In this document: positions 1-12,362 of the stretch, in pieces
Position numbering within the stretch: position 1 is the stretch's first letter
Layout of the letters: every line of letters starts with the position of its first letter
Assembly (NCBI RefSeq): GCF_009914755.1
Contig: NC_060937.1
DNA from: the human T2T-CHM13v2.0 reference genome, Homo sapiens
DNA length: 64,000 bases
Direction: 5' to 3' (one strand)
Made by a program: the position numbers and the translations under genes
The notes under the pieces: model-generated
Database searches by the model: none
What the model was told of the DNA's origin: nothing
What the model saw: the letters and a program-made list of their open reading frames with translations, nothing else

Positions 1-915
1 TTACTCTGCTTTTCTTCTACAGTATCCTTATGTCCATAATTATGGGCTTGCAAATATCTACTGTGCAATCATTTAACCTCCTCTTTCACAAATGAAATTG
101 CCCATTATGTGAAAAGAAACTAATCCTTTTTATTGCATTATATATTGATTTGTTGGGTGGTTGGTAGACAGATTGAGTTGCTCCTACCTAGCTTCTAAGA
201 GTCTTTGGCATGACCAACTTTTCTATCTTATTCGTCAACTCTCCAGCTTTTCAACTCTTTTACAAAACATAAGTCAGAATTGAATAAATTTTCATGGCTA
301 GTGGAAAAATACATAAAATAATTAATTCTTTCCTCTGCATTTCAATTTTCCTAAGTTATATAGGCATTTTTAGTGAAAGCACAAGTCACAGTCAGCCTGT
401 GGACTCTGTGACCCTGCTGTACTTTTGTTTCATTGATTTTTACACCACTTTTGTCAATGTAGTTTGATATGCATTTTTAAATAGACCAACTTAGCCATAT
501 TTTTGATAAAATTAATCTTGGTGTGGGTGAGTCAGTACATTATTTATAATTGCTAGTATTTTGAATCCAAAATTGTATTTTCGTTCAATAAAGCAAGGTG
601 TATTTATATGATCTTAAGGTGATAATAGATAAGACAACATACTTATTCTGTGAAATTGTATTAACTATTGCTGGAGATTAAAGGCAAGTTAAAAATGATA
701 GCACTAAACACATACGGTAACTACTGTAGACATTTAAAAATCCATAAATTTTCAGGTATTAAAATTCTGTAAAAAATTAACTTGCTCTACAAAATTTAAT
801 AAAAATATTAAAACGAACTGGTCCAGATTCCTCTAGGGACCTTATTGGGCACATTATTCTAGTTTAGTTATGAACCACTACTATCCATGGGGAGAACTCT
901 GAATTATAGCACAAA

Positions 916-1062
916 AATAATAGCTACCAATTCTTTGAGTGCTATATACCAGACACCGTGCAAGGTGCTTTGCTTACTGTTATCCTACTTTACAGTTATT
1001 TTCTTCACTTTACAGAAGAGAAAGCATAAGCTCAGAAACAAAGTAATTTTCCTACAGTCATA
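916..1062 (-). mobile_element. MIR SINE remnant
   Basis: Contains 'aataatagctacc...tgagtgctatataccagacaccgtgcaaggtgcttt' and 'cactttacagaagagaaa...gctcaga', which resemble the reverse-strand MIR core. Confidence 0.7.
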
Positions 1063-1444
1063 AAAATGTTTGAGGCTTTGATAGATACAGAGACTTTTAA
1101 TGCTAATTTGTATACACTTTGTCTTTGCTTCAGGGTACACAGAATGATTACATTTGTTCCTTGCTGTTAGGAGGAACAAGCAGAAGTTCCATATGCCACC
1201 TTCTTCTGCTACTGCAGCAACAAGTGATATTCGAGACAGTGAAGCCCCCATCAATTCTAGACTGATATGGAGCAGAGACGACCTCCTATACACACTCCCA
1301 CTACTGACCCATGGTGGACAAGAAACCAGAAATTTCATTATGTTAAGCTTCTGAGATATTTCTGTTTTTTCCACTGAACATTATTCTAATTTATGTGATA
1401 TATTTGATTTTAGAGCTAACTTGTTCTAAAGCTTACAGTCTTTT

Positions 1445-1556
1445 GCTGGGCAGGGTAGCAGTTCCAGCCACTTAGTAGGCTGAAACAGGAGGATGGCTTA
1501 AGCTCAGGAGTTTGAGACCAGCCTGGGCTAAATAATGAGACCCCATCTCTTAAAAA
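1445..1556 (+). mobile_element. Free Alu monomer (FLAM-like)
   Basis: A single monomer, 'ggctgaaacaggaggatggcttaagctcaggagtttgagaccagcctggg...accccatctct', followed by an A-rich tail. Confidence 0.85.
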
Positions 1557-1764
1557 TATATACAAAATATATAAACAAAAATAAAGCTTACAATTTTTTT
1601 CAACAACAACCTTGTGTATAGTTCAAACGGATTTTGTACCCCATACCTTAGTAACCTACTCAATGTCATATAAGCCTTTCTACCTTTCAGAGTATCTTCT
1701 TGTCATTCCTTCTTAAAATGCTCCTCCCAAATCCTATTCTGTCTTTTTTTACTACTTTTGATCT

Positions 1765-2103
1765 GAACTGTCCAATATGTGACTTTGTCCATATGTGTCC
1801 ACATGCAACTATTGAGCCCTTGAAATATGGCTAGTTCAAAACTGAGATACACTGTAAGTATAATACTGCATACTGGATTTTGAACAATTAGGACAAAAAG
1901 AATATTAAATATATTCTTAAAATTAATTACATGTTAAAATGGTATGTTGGATATATTTGGTTAAATGAAACTTTATTAAAATGAATTAGCCCTGTTTCTT
2001 ATTTTTTTTTTTGTTTTTTGTTTTTAATTGTGTCTGCTCAAAAAACTAAAATTACACAAGTGGTTCACATTTGTATCTTGAGTAATATTTCCATGGAGAG
2101 CAC
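1765..2103. mobile_element. MER33-like hAT-Charlie MITE
   Basis: About 340 bp. Starts 'ctgtccaata', contains 'ttgagcccttgaaatatggctagt' and 'aaaattacacaagtggttcacatt', and ends in a degenerate TIR 'tggagagcac'. Confidence 0.75.
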
Positions 2104-2186
2104 AAAAATAGATCCTGATGAAAGAATATATCCATCTTAAAACTTTTCTTGAAGATCTAAATCAGCTACAGTGACTTTCTTTCTTT

Positions 2187-2658
2187 TGTAGGGAAGGGAA
2201 AAATATCTTTTCCTAACCCATCTGCCTATCCGAGGTTCTTAGCTGAGACACCTATAACCAAAGGTAGATAAACATACAAATTTCTTTAAATAAGTTTTAT
2301 GAACACAGAACCCCTCACAAGAAAATGGAGACCAGAAAAAACAGTTAAACTTGTGTATGCTTATGCCTGGATTGATGAAGAGTAGACAGTCATGGAGAAA
2401 TATGATTGGACAAAAGTTATGGAAATAAACTGGGGAAACAGCAAGGCCTGTTTGTTCAGATTTTTCTGTGTGGCTCTTTGTCTTGAGATGAGAATGTGCC
2501 TTTCTTCTGGGTATAAGGAGGGTACCTCTTACATAAGGTCTTATAACCAGCTTGAGGGGAGAAGGGCAAGGGGAAGGTGAGAGTGACCTCCTAGCTTCTG
2601 CTATTTTTCCAAATGCCAAGCTGCCATATTTCAGTGTAGCATGACCTGAACCCCATCA
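2187..2658 (-). mobile_element. ERV1 solo LTR (MER34/MER39-like)
   Basis: TG...CA termini. The reverse strand begins 'tgatggggttcaggtcatgctacactgaaatatggcagcttggcatttgg'. Subfamily is from memory. Confidence 0.7.
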
Positions 2659-2705
2659 CTCCACATCACCTTACTCTATAAATTCATTTTGCTATTTTTT
2701 CTATT

Positions 2706-3067
2706 TATATTAGTCCATTTTCATACGCTATGAAGAAATACCTGAGACTGGGCAATTTATAAAGAAAAAGAGGCTTAATAGACTCACAGTTCCACATGGC
2801 TAGGGAGGTCTCACAATCATGGTGGAAGGTGAAAGAGGAGAAAAGCCACGTTTTACGTGGCAGCGGGCAAAAGAGTGTGTACAGGGGAACTCTCCTTTAT
2901 AAAACCATCAGATCTCATTAGACGTATTCACTATTCACTAGCACCAGGGGAAAAACCCATCCCCATGCTTCAATTACCTCCCACTGGGTCCCTCCCATGA
3001 CATGTGGAGATTGTGGGAGCTACAATTCAAGATAAGATTTGGGGGGTAACACAGCCAAACCAGGTTA
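2706..3067 (-). mobile_element. THE1 (MaLR) solo LTR
   Basis: Typical 'ctgagactgggcaatttataaag...ctcacagttccacatggct...cacagccaaacc'. Perfect 5-bp TSD CTATT at 2701-2705 and 3068-3072. Confidence 0.92.
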
Positions 3068-5638
3068 CTATTGTATATCATTATATTAATGATGCTTATC
3101 TGAAACAATTGTCCTGTCTTAATAGGTACAAAGCTTTTAAAATTACAGAATATTTGTTATTTCTCTGAGACCTCCCTACAGTACTTTGCAGTCTACTTTG
3201 TACAGATTACACATTCTATGAACTGTTTTAACTGATTTTGGACAGTGAGGTTTCTGAGGAAGACATTGATGGCAGGCTGCTTTGATTTGTGATTGTTGTA
3301 TCTATTCTGGGCTCTCACCAAATGCTCACTGGAGTAGACATTTCAGAGTATAAAAAAAAGTTAAAAATTCAAAAACACAAAAGGCACTCAAATAAACCAG
3401 GATTTGAAAATCACCAATTTCAATTTTTCTAAACTCTTAATGAGAACCTCACCTGGTCTATAATTGAAGATCAACCAAAGGTCATGCAGAAAAACAAAAT
3501 AGAATGTAACAAGTAAGCTCTTCTACTATTTCATGCTTAGGTACATTGACAGCGGGCCTCATAGAAATGGGGCTAATCTAAAAATAAATATCCATATTTT
3601 GGTTTGAAGAAATAATTATCCTATGCAAGTTCTTAGACCCATCTCTAGGAATACTGAAAGACAGATATTTTTCTCACACAAGTAAATATTCTACCATGTT
3701 TCAAAAAAAAGTGAAAGACAATAAAAATGGTATTGGAAAGAGTGTGCTAAAGATGACCATCTGTTCTCCAGGAGGTGAAAGAAAAGGAGCTTAAAATTAC
3801 ACTAAGGGACATAGTATGTTTACAAAGTATACTAATACTACAGAGACTGCTGGAGAAGGCATTAAAGAAGTGTGCAGGGAAGCAGCAATCAACTGTGCCC
3901 TAAAGCAGACAGGAGAAGCCAAGTGTATGGCAAGGATTGGGTCAAAGACCCTTCTGGGAAGTCAGCACACCCCTGCCTGATTCAGGATTTGCTGGGAGAG
4001 GCAGTTCAAAAATCTAAGACTTTACTGGATTGTCATTGTCCACACACAATCTGCTTAGTGAAACTTTCTAAAGCCTTTTTTAAAAAAACAAAAATAAACT
4101 ATGTCTGTAACTTTGTGATGTGTTCTAAATGTGTGTAATTCTTCTCCCAAAAAAGTCTTTAATTAATAAATAAAATATTCCAGGATATTAATAATATGTG
4201 TATCTCTAATAAAAGAGTAATGCGCCCCACATAGAAAAAAATGTATAACAGCAGCCAAAAAAGGAAAAAAAAAAATCAGCACCTCTTAAAGAAACATGGC
4301 ACAGGAAGCATGCTGTTTAAACACTACTTTGCATATCTACCAGTTGTCACTTCTTTTGGGGAATAGATATAGGAACAAAAGCTTACCCCTTCTTCTGACC
4401 TTAGCAAAGTTAATCATTCCCTCAGTTCTCCTTTGATTTGGAATCTCCAATCTTAGCCCTTTGCAAGGGTAGAGTGATAGTCAGATTTCTTATCACAAGT
4501 GCCTTTTATTCATTGCTGATAATCTCCTTGTATTACAGGAAGCACTTTTTCATTTTCTTGGTGAGGTGCTCTGGGAGCAAAATAAGAATTAAGACCATGT
4601 GTTGTACATTTTCTATCTCTAGAATCTAGTGCTGTAAGTAGCAAGCATTTGCACTTTGACACTGGAATTATTTTAAACAGACTTACGTTTATGTAATCTG
4701 CCTATTTATGTCAAATAGCCAGAAATCAGCATTGACTAGTGTTTTCCCAATGTGTCCCTAAGCAAGTGAGCAATATATTGATAACTAAAATGAACTCAAG
4801 AGATTAAGCAGTGCCTAAAAACACTGAGTTTTCTTTCTAGGAAAATAATATAGTGGAGTCCTATGAAAACCTGTTAACTAAAATAGCAACAGTAAGGAAT
4901 AAGGCAATGACTTCAATGTGCTAACAATTCCGACATTTTAGACAGAAACTTAGAACCAGTGAGACTCATTTTACAAACTTGCTTTCTTCCTTTCCTTCCT
5001 ATAATACATAGGTCCTCTTTTAGAAAAAAGCTGGCAAGGGTTGAGTGACCTCAACTCCTTGGGAGTCTATTCCTATGTAAATGAGAGCATTCAGACTTGG
5101 AAGAACCAATTCTCTCCAGGGAATGTCAGAAATGGCAAAGCTTCAGACTCAAATTACTGGGTGCCATACCACACACTAAAAAAAAAGAAGAAAAAAAATC
5201 TGTAGAAGCTGAATCATTTAAAACTAGACAGCACCAAAGTGTATGAGACTATGCTATAAGGAACAATTTTGCTTTGCATTAGGTGGCAGGATAGATATTC
5301 GTGTATCCTAGTTTTATGATTTTCTGCCATGGTAATGACAATCTAAAAATGGGATACTGCTTTCCTGGGAGTAGGAGCACTGCTGTGTCTGCTGACCTGC
5401 AGAGAAACTCCAAAACATGAAAAGCCTAGGGGGAATTCAGTGCCAGGTGGTAGTGAGGATTTGTAGTTAGGGCTCCTCTCCATTGACTGTCACGGCAGGT
5501 GAACAGCCACAGCCACTGACAGGGATCTGGAGAGCAGCAGCAGTGCAGACCGTAGAAGGTGCCAGCATTCGTTTGAGAATCCCTCCTGACTTCTGAATGT
5601 ACAACTGTAGTTCACAGACGTAGGCAACTTGAAAGAAT

Positions 5639-6967
5639 TGTAAACCAAAAATAAAATTCTAAGCCCCTCAACCAATTGAATAGACCCCTCCTCTTGGGCA
5701 AGGGCATTCCTAAGTTAACCTGAAAAACTCCTTCAGTCCACAATGGAAAGAGAAGGTCAAACAGGTCCCACTATACCCTCCTCGCTGGAATTCAAGCACA
5801 ACTGACTAGCATTAACATTAAAACAGAGACCTTGAGACTGACAAAACAGGCTATTTGTAGCAATAAGATACCAACATGAGATTAGTAGGTCCTGAAAGAA
5901 ATTGAAGTATTTTACTTCAAAATATGTTTCTTTGACATATTTTGAAATGGCCCTGCAAAACTGTTTCTTTCGGGGAAAATCTACCTTCTGTAGAGAATCT
6001 CCTTCCCTTTTCAGGTCTTCCTAACTCAAGACAGAATTAACTAAGAACCTGGCACCTTTTTTAAGTCTGGTAAGAAACATTTACAATCTGTTCTCTATGA
6101 AGCCTGCTACCTGTAGGCTTTATCTGCATGATAAAAATCTTGGTCTCCACAACTCTTTATCTTAACCCAGATGCTCCTTTCTATGGATTCCACGTCTTTA
6201 GATAATAACTTAACTCTTTCAAGCAGTTACCAATCAGCATGTTCTCCCTTATTTGTGGGATCTAAAATTCAAAATGGTTGAACTCATGGACATAGAGAGT
6301 AGAAGGATGGTTACCAGAGGCTGGGAAGTGTCATAGGAGGGTGGGGCAGAGAGGAGGTGAGGATTATTAATGGGTACACAAAAATATAGAAAAAATAAGA
6401 CCTGCTATTTGATAGTACAACAGGGTAATTATAGTCAATAATAACTAATTGTATAATTTAAAATAACTTAAAAGATTAATTGGATTGTTTGTAACTCAAT
6501 GGATAAATGCTTGAGAAAATGAATACCCCATTCTTCATGATGTGCTTATTTCACATTGCATGCCTGTATCAGAACATATCACATACCCCATAAATATATA
6601 TACCTACTATATATATATATATATATATATATAATGTATACACACACACCCCTACTATGTACCCACAAAAATTGAAAATAAAAAAATAAAACAAAAAAAA
6701 GAAAATTTTTGAATCCACCTATGACCTGGAAGCCACCTCCCTCAGCTTTGAGTTGTCCCTCCTTTCTAGGCTGAACCAACATACATTTTACTTGTATTGA
6801 TCGATGTCTGATGTCTCTCTAAAATATATGAAATTAAGCTACAGGCCGACCACCTTGGACACATGTTCTCAGGGCTCCCTGGAGCTGTGTCATGGGTCAT
6901 AGTCCTCGTATGTGGCTCAGAATAAATCTCTCTAAATATTTTGCAGAATTTGACTCTTTTCATCACA
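5639..6967 (+). mobile_element. MER4-family ERV1 solo LTR, interrupted by an L1MA 3' fragment
   Basis: Starts 'tgtaaaccaaaaataaaattctaagcccc' and ends 'aataaatctctctaaatattttgcagaatttgactcttttcatcaca'. 4-bp TSD GAAT at 5635-5638 and 6968-6971. Confidence 0.88.
6237..6700 (+). mobile_element. L1MA-type 3' end (5'-truncated) inserted in MER4
   Basis: L1 3' UTR 'catgttctcccttatttgtgggatctaaa...gaactcatggacatagagagtagaaggatggttaccagaggctgggaag', an internal (TA)n/(CA)n run, and an A-rich tail. Confidence 0.88.
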
Positions 6968-7189
6968 GAATGGTTACCATATGTTTTTGTTGTTGCTTAA
7001 CAAGTTGTAGTTTAAATTGTCCTTATTGCAATGACATTGTTTATTATGCTTATTTATGGTCAACAAGAATTTATGCTCAGCTGTCCAGTTTCTGAATTTA
7101 CTGGGGTCTTAGGCAGGAGATACAAATGTAGTTTCCCTCAAGGAGCTTGCAATCAAGTCATTGTTTCTTAATTACCTTTAAAATATATT

Positions 7190-7543
7190 TTAATGGAATG
7201 AAATACAGATTTAGAATAAGACTTACCATTTTAAAGTGTACATTTTAGTAATATGTAGTGTATTCACAACATTTTACAGCCATATGCTCTATTCGTTCAT
7301 TTCAAAACATTTTATTACTCCATAAAAATGCCCAATATTCATTAAGTAATTTCCTTCCACCTCCTACCTCCCATTGTATTGTAAACCTTAATCTACTTTC
7401 TGTCTCTATAGATTGGCCCATTCTGGATATATCATATTTACAAGAAAGATTCAATATAAAATTTTCTGTTCTGGATTCTTCCACTTAGCATAATGGTTTT
7501 ATAGCATTATAATATTATATATACATATATGTTATATTTATAC

Positions 7544-7583
<40 letters not shown>

Positions 7584-7745
7584 CTACGGTTGTTTTACCC
7601 ATTCATTGATGGACATTTGCGGTATTTCAACCTTTTGGCTTGAATACAAATATTGGTGTACAGGTTTCCTTGTAGACACATTTTGTTTTCTTTTGGGTAT
7701 ATACCTAGAAATGGAATTGCAGGGTCATATGGTAACTTTATGTTT
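7190..7745 (-). mobile_element. Old L1M (L1MB/ME-type) 3' end
   Basis: Contains 'cattttaaagtgtaca', 'ctactttctgtctctatagattggcccattctgga' and 'gggtatatacctagaaatggaattgcagggtcatatggtaac'. A (TG)n tract lies at 7548-7580. Confidence 0.85.
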
Positions 7746-8089
7746 ATCTCCTAGAGAAACCATAAATTCCTGTCTATTCCATGGTTAATGTAAAATAGAA
7801 GCTCTGTAATTGCAAGTAAACTGTTTTGTTTTTTATAAGATAAATATATGGATATATGAAGATAGATTTAAGTGAAACAACTCTGGTTTCTAGTTGGGTT
7901 GTCAAGGGTAATAATAATCACTAGCATCTACCTACTTTTAAAATTTTTATTAGTAGTAGTAGTACATATAATCTCATTTTACCTATATATCAACTTATGT
8001 GTATTTTTTATAAGACTGATTACCACTTTAAAAACTATGAAAAAGACACACTTAAATATACTATAAATAAATCAAGATGAGATATTAAG

Positions 8090-9530
8090 CTATGTTTTAA
8101 AAAAGATAATACAAAATGTATTTAGGGACAAGAATCAGAAAAGAAACCAGAAAACAAATATAACATGTCAGAGTTAAGTTCTAACTTATCAATAATTATC
8201 TTAAATGTAAATGATCTAAATATACCAATCAAAAGACACAGACTAGCAGAGTGGATGTAAAACATGACTTAACTATATCCCCCTTCAATAAAATATCTTC
8301 AAATTAAAGGACAAAAGTAAGTTGAAGGTAAAAGAATGAAACAAGATTTACCATGCAAATGTTATTCAAGCAAGCATGAGTGACTGGTTATATTGAAAAT
8401 TAAATATGTAAATTACAGAGAAAAGAAAATAGACACAAAAATAGGAATTGCATAGATAAAAGCGTAAAAGGATAAAAGGTTAAAATCATTGCATAATGAT
8501 ACACAATCCTAAAAATGTACCAAGCAAACATGGCGCCTTGAAATAAAATACATGAAGCAAAAACAGAGGTGAAAAAAGACATGAACAAATTCACAATTAT
8601 TATTAGGAACTTGAAAATCCCACTTTCAGGAACTGATACAAGTGGTAGCTAGGTAACAAGGACATAGAAAATCTACTGTTAGATTGGCATATATAGAACA
8701 TCTACCCAATACCAGTAAAATTGACATTTTCCAAATGCCTATGGAATATTCACCAAGACAGACCTCAGAAAATGTAAAACAATTGGAACCAGAGTGAATT
8801 TTTTTTATAATGGAATTGAGCTAGGAATCAATAACAGAAAAACGACAGAAAAAGTATACATATATGAATATTGACAAACATACATCTAAATATAGGTCAG
8901 AGTTGAAGTCTCAAAGGGTATGTTAAAAAGTGCATAGAACCAAATGAAAATAAAACTATTCTACATCCAATATTTAAGTAATTAAGCAAGCAGAAAAAGA
9001 ACTAATAAAAAGAAGAAATGAATAAATTTAAAAATAGAAACACAAATTTAAAAATCAGTGAAACAAAAGTTGATTCCTTAAAAAAAAAAGAAAAAAGAAA
9101 AATAGATAAACCTACAATAAGATAGACAAAAATACAAAGAGAGAAGAAAGAAGTTGCCAAAAATAAAATAGGAAATCAAATAGGAGACATTACTGTAGAA
9201 CTGGCAGCTATTGTAAAGGTAATAGTGAAATACTATGAACAACTTTATGCACATAAAATTAGAAAAAGATAATCAATTTTTTAAAAATCACAAAATACCA
9301 AGTCAACCATGATACAATAATTTGTATAGTCCTATAATCACTGAAGAAAGTGAATTTATAATTTAAAAGCTCTCAAAAAATGAGTCCCCAATCACAGCTT
9401 TACTGAAGAAATCTACAAAACTTTTAGAGATAAATTAATACCAATTTTCCACAATATTTTCCTGAAAATAGAAGAAGAGAGAATGCTTCTCAGTTTATCA
9501 GTATTACTCTGATATGAAAACCAACCAGAG
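8090..9530 (+). mobile_element. Old L1M ORF2 fragment (endonuclease to early RT region), degenerate
   Basis: Contains 'ttaaatgtaaatgatctaaatataccaatcaaaagacacagactagcagagtggat' and 'tactatgaacaactttatgcacataaa'. Parallels the L1 at 58022 onward. Confidence 0.85.
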
Positions 9531-9962
9531 ATAGTACTCTCACAAACACACATAAAAAGAGAGAGGTTGAGAGAAAGAAACAAAGATAATATAAGAAGGT
9601 AAACCTTTACTTCTGACTAGTTCATTGATTTCTCCATACCCATGATATAATTGCTCAGCAAATGTCAGCAACTGGTTGCACAAGAGTTATACGGAAAAGC
9701 CAAGACTGGTTGCTGCATTGCAGCACTGGATAGAATCTCAAGTGTGTTTAGGATGTAGCTCAGTAATTACTACATATCCAAAGAATAGGACTATTCAGGG
9801 GAATACTGTTTCTCTGCTGCTTGAAATCTGTCATTATCTTTTTAGCCTATGAAAACAGAAAAGTTTTTTTTTTTAGTTTTAAAAAGTGTACTTACTGGGA
9901 CAAAAGAGAGGTGGTATCACAACCTTCTGAGTCAAAATGTCAAAGTTTAATTTATTGAATAT

Positions 9963-10630
<668 letters not shown>

Positions 10631-12026
10631 AATATGTATGTGTTATATATAATACGCACCTTAAAATTATCTTGCAAGCTGTGACAGATGCTAATATGTC
10701 TAATGATAAACAATCCTTATAAATGGCTATAGGATAATAGGTCTTATTAATATTTACTTCAATGTTAACTGGCCATAAACAAACAAACTAAAATCTTCAA
10801 AATACATTGGCTTCTTTATATGATGGGAGTATATTTTTCTTTCCCACAGATTGTGGCCAAATTAAGCAGTAGGGCAGCTGGGATGAACAAAATTATTCTA
10901 GGACTTGGATTCTTTCTAACTTGTCACTTTGACATTCTCTGGAACATCACCCTCATCTACCCAGACAAATTTGGGTTACTGATTGATTCATATTTTAGAA
11001 CCTGAGAAGGCAAAATGAGACTAAGCACGAAAAAAGTGACTGTATATATATAAAATGTGTGTGTATGTGTGTGTATATATTGTAAGTTGATGAGAGCCTA
11101 CACATTTCACCCATTATTTTGTCCAACTTTCCACGAGCTTGACATGATTTCATAGCCACACCTGGCCAAATGGGAAATACGATCTGTCATTGGATGCCCT
11201 ACACCCAGAAGCAAGCAGAGAATATTACTGGCTAATATATGAAAAGTCATGATATAGGAAATAAATGTGGCTACATGAGAGTCGTAAGTATAAGTAAGAA
11301 TTTCACATCTGGGAAACACAGAAAAAACATATATGGAAAGGTGATAGATATAAACCCAACTAAAGCATAAATTCATACCAACTAAAAGCCAAGATTATCA
11401 GAGTGGTTAAAAAATATCTAATAAATAAAATTGACAAGAAACTCACTTAAAATATAAGGATGTGAATAGTAAAAGAATGAATAAAAGATATCAACCAATA
11501 TAAAGCTGGTCTGAGCAAGTTAATATGAGAGAAAATAGTCTGAAATGAAGTATTATTACTAGCAAAAAGAGGGAGGCAGGTGATGATGCATGAAGATGAA
11601 ATGGTCAGTTCCACAGGAAGACATAATAATCTTAAATTTATATGTGTCTAAGTATGTATTTCAAAATATTTAAATCAAAGTTCATAGAACTATAAGTAAA
11701 TATATAAACTTTTACACTAATCCTTGAGATATTTTAACATAAATCTTTAGCAGTGCTTAAAATAGCAAAAAAAAAAATCAGTAAATATGTAGACAATTTG
11801 AATAAAATTTTAACAAAGTTGTACTGACATTTATAGAATACTATATTCAACAATTACAGAATATGAATTATTTTTAAATGTACATAGAATATTAACCAAA
11901 AGAGAATATATGGAGAGAGGTGAATAAATTCTCGATAATTTTAAAGAATTGAAATTATACAGAAAATTATTCTAGGACCACAGTATAATTGAACTAGACA
12001 TAAATTATAGAAATATAGGTAGAAAG

Positions 12027-12362
<336 letters not shown>

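Noticed and set aside
985-1374. 129-aa minus-strand ORF
   Set aside because: Non-ATG start, partly MIR-derived, and no recognisable domain.
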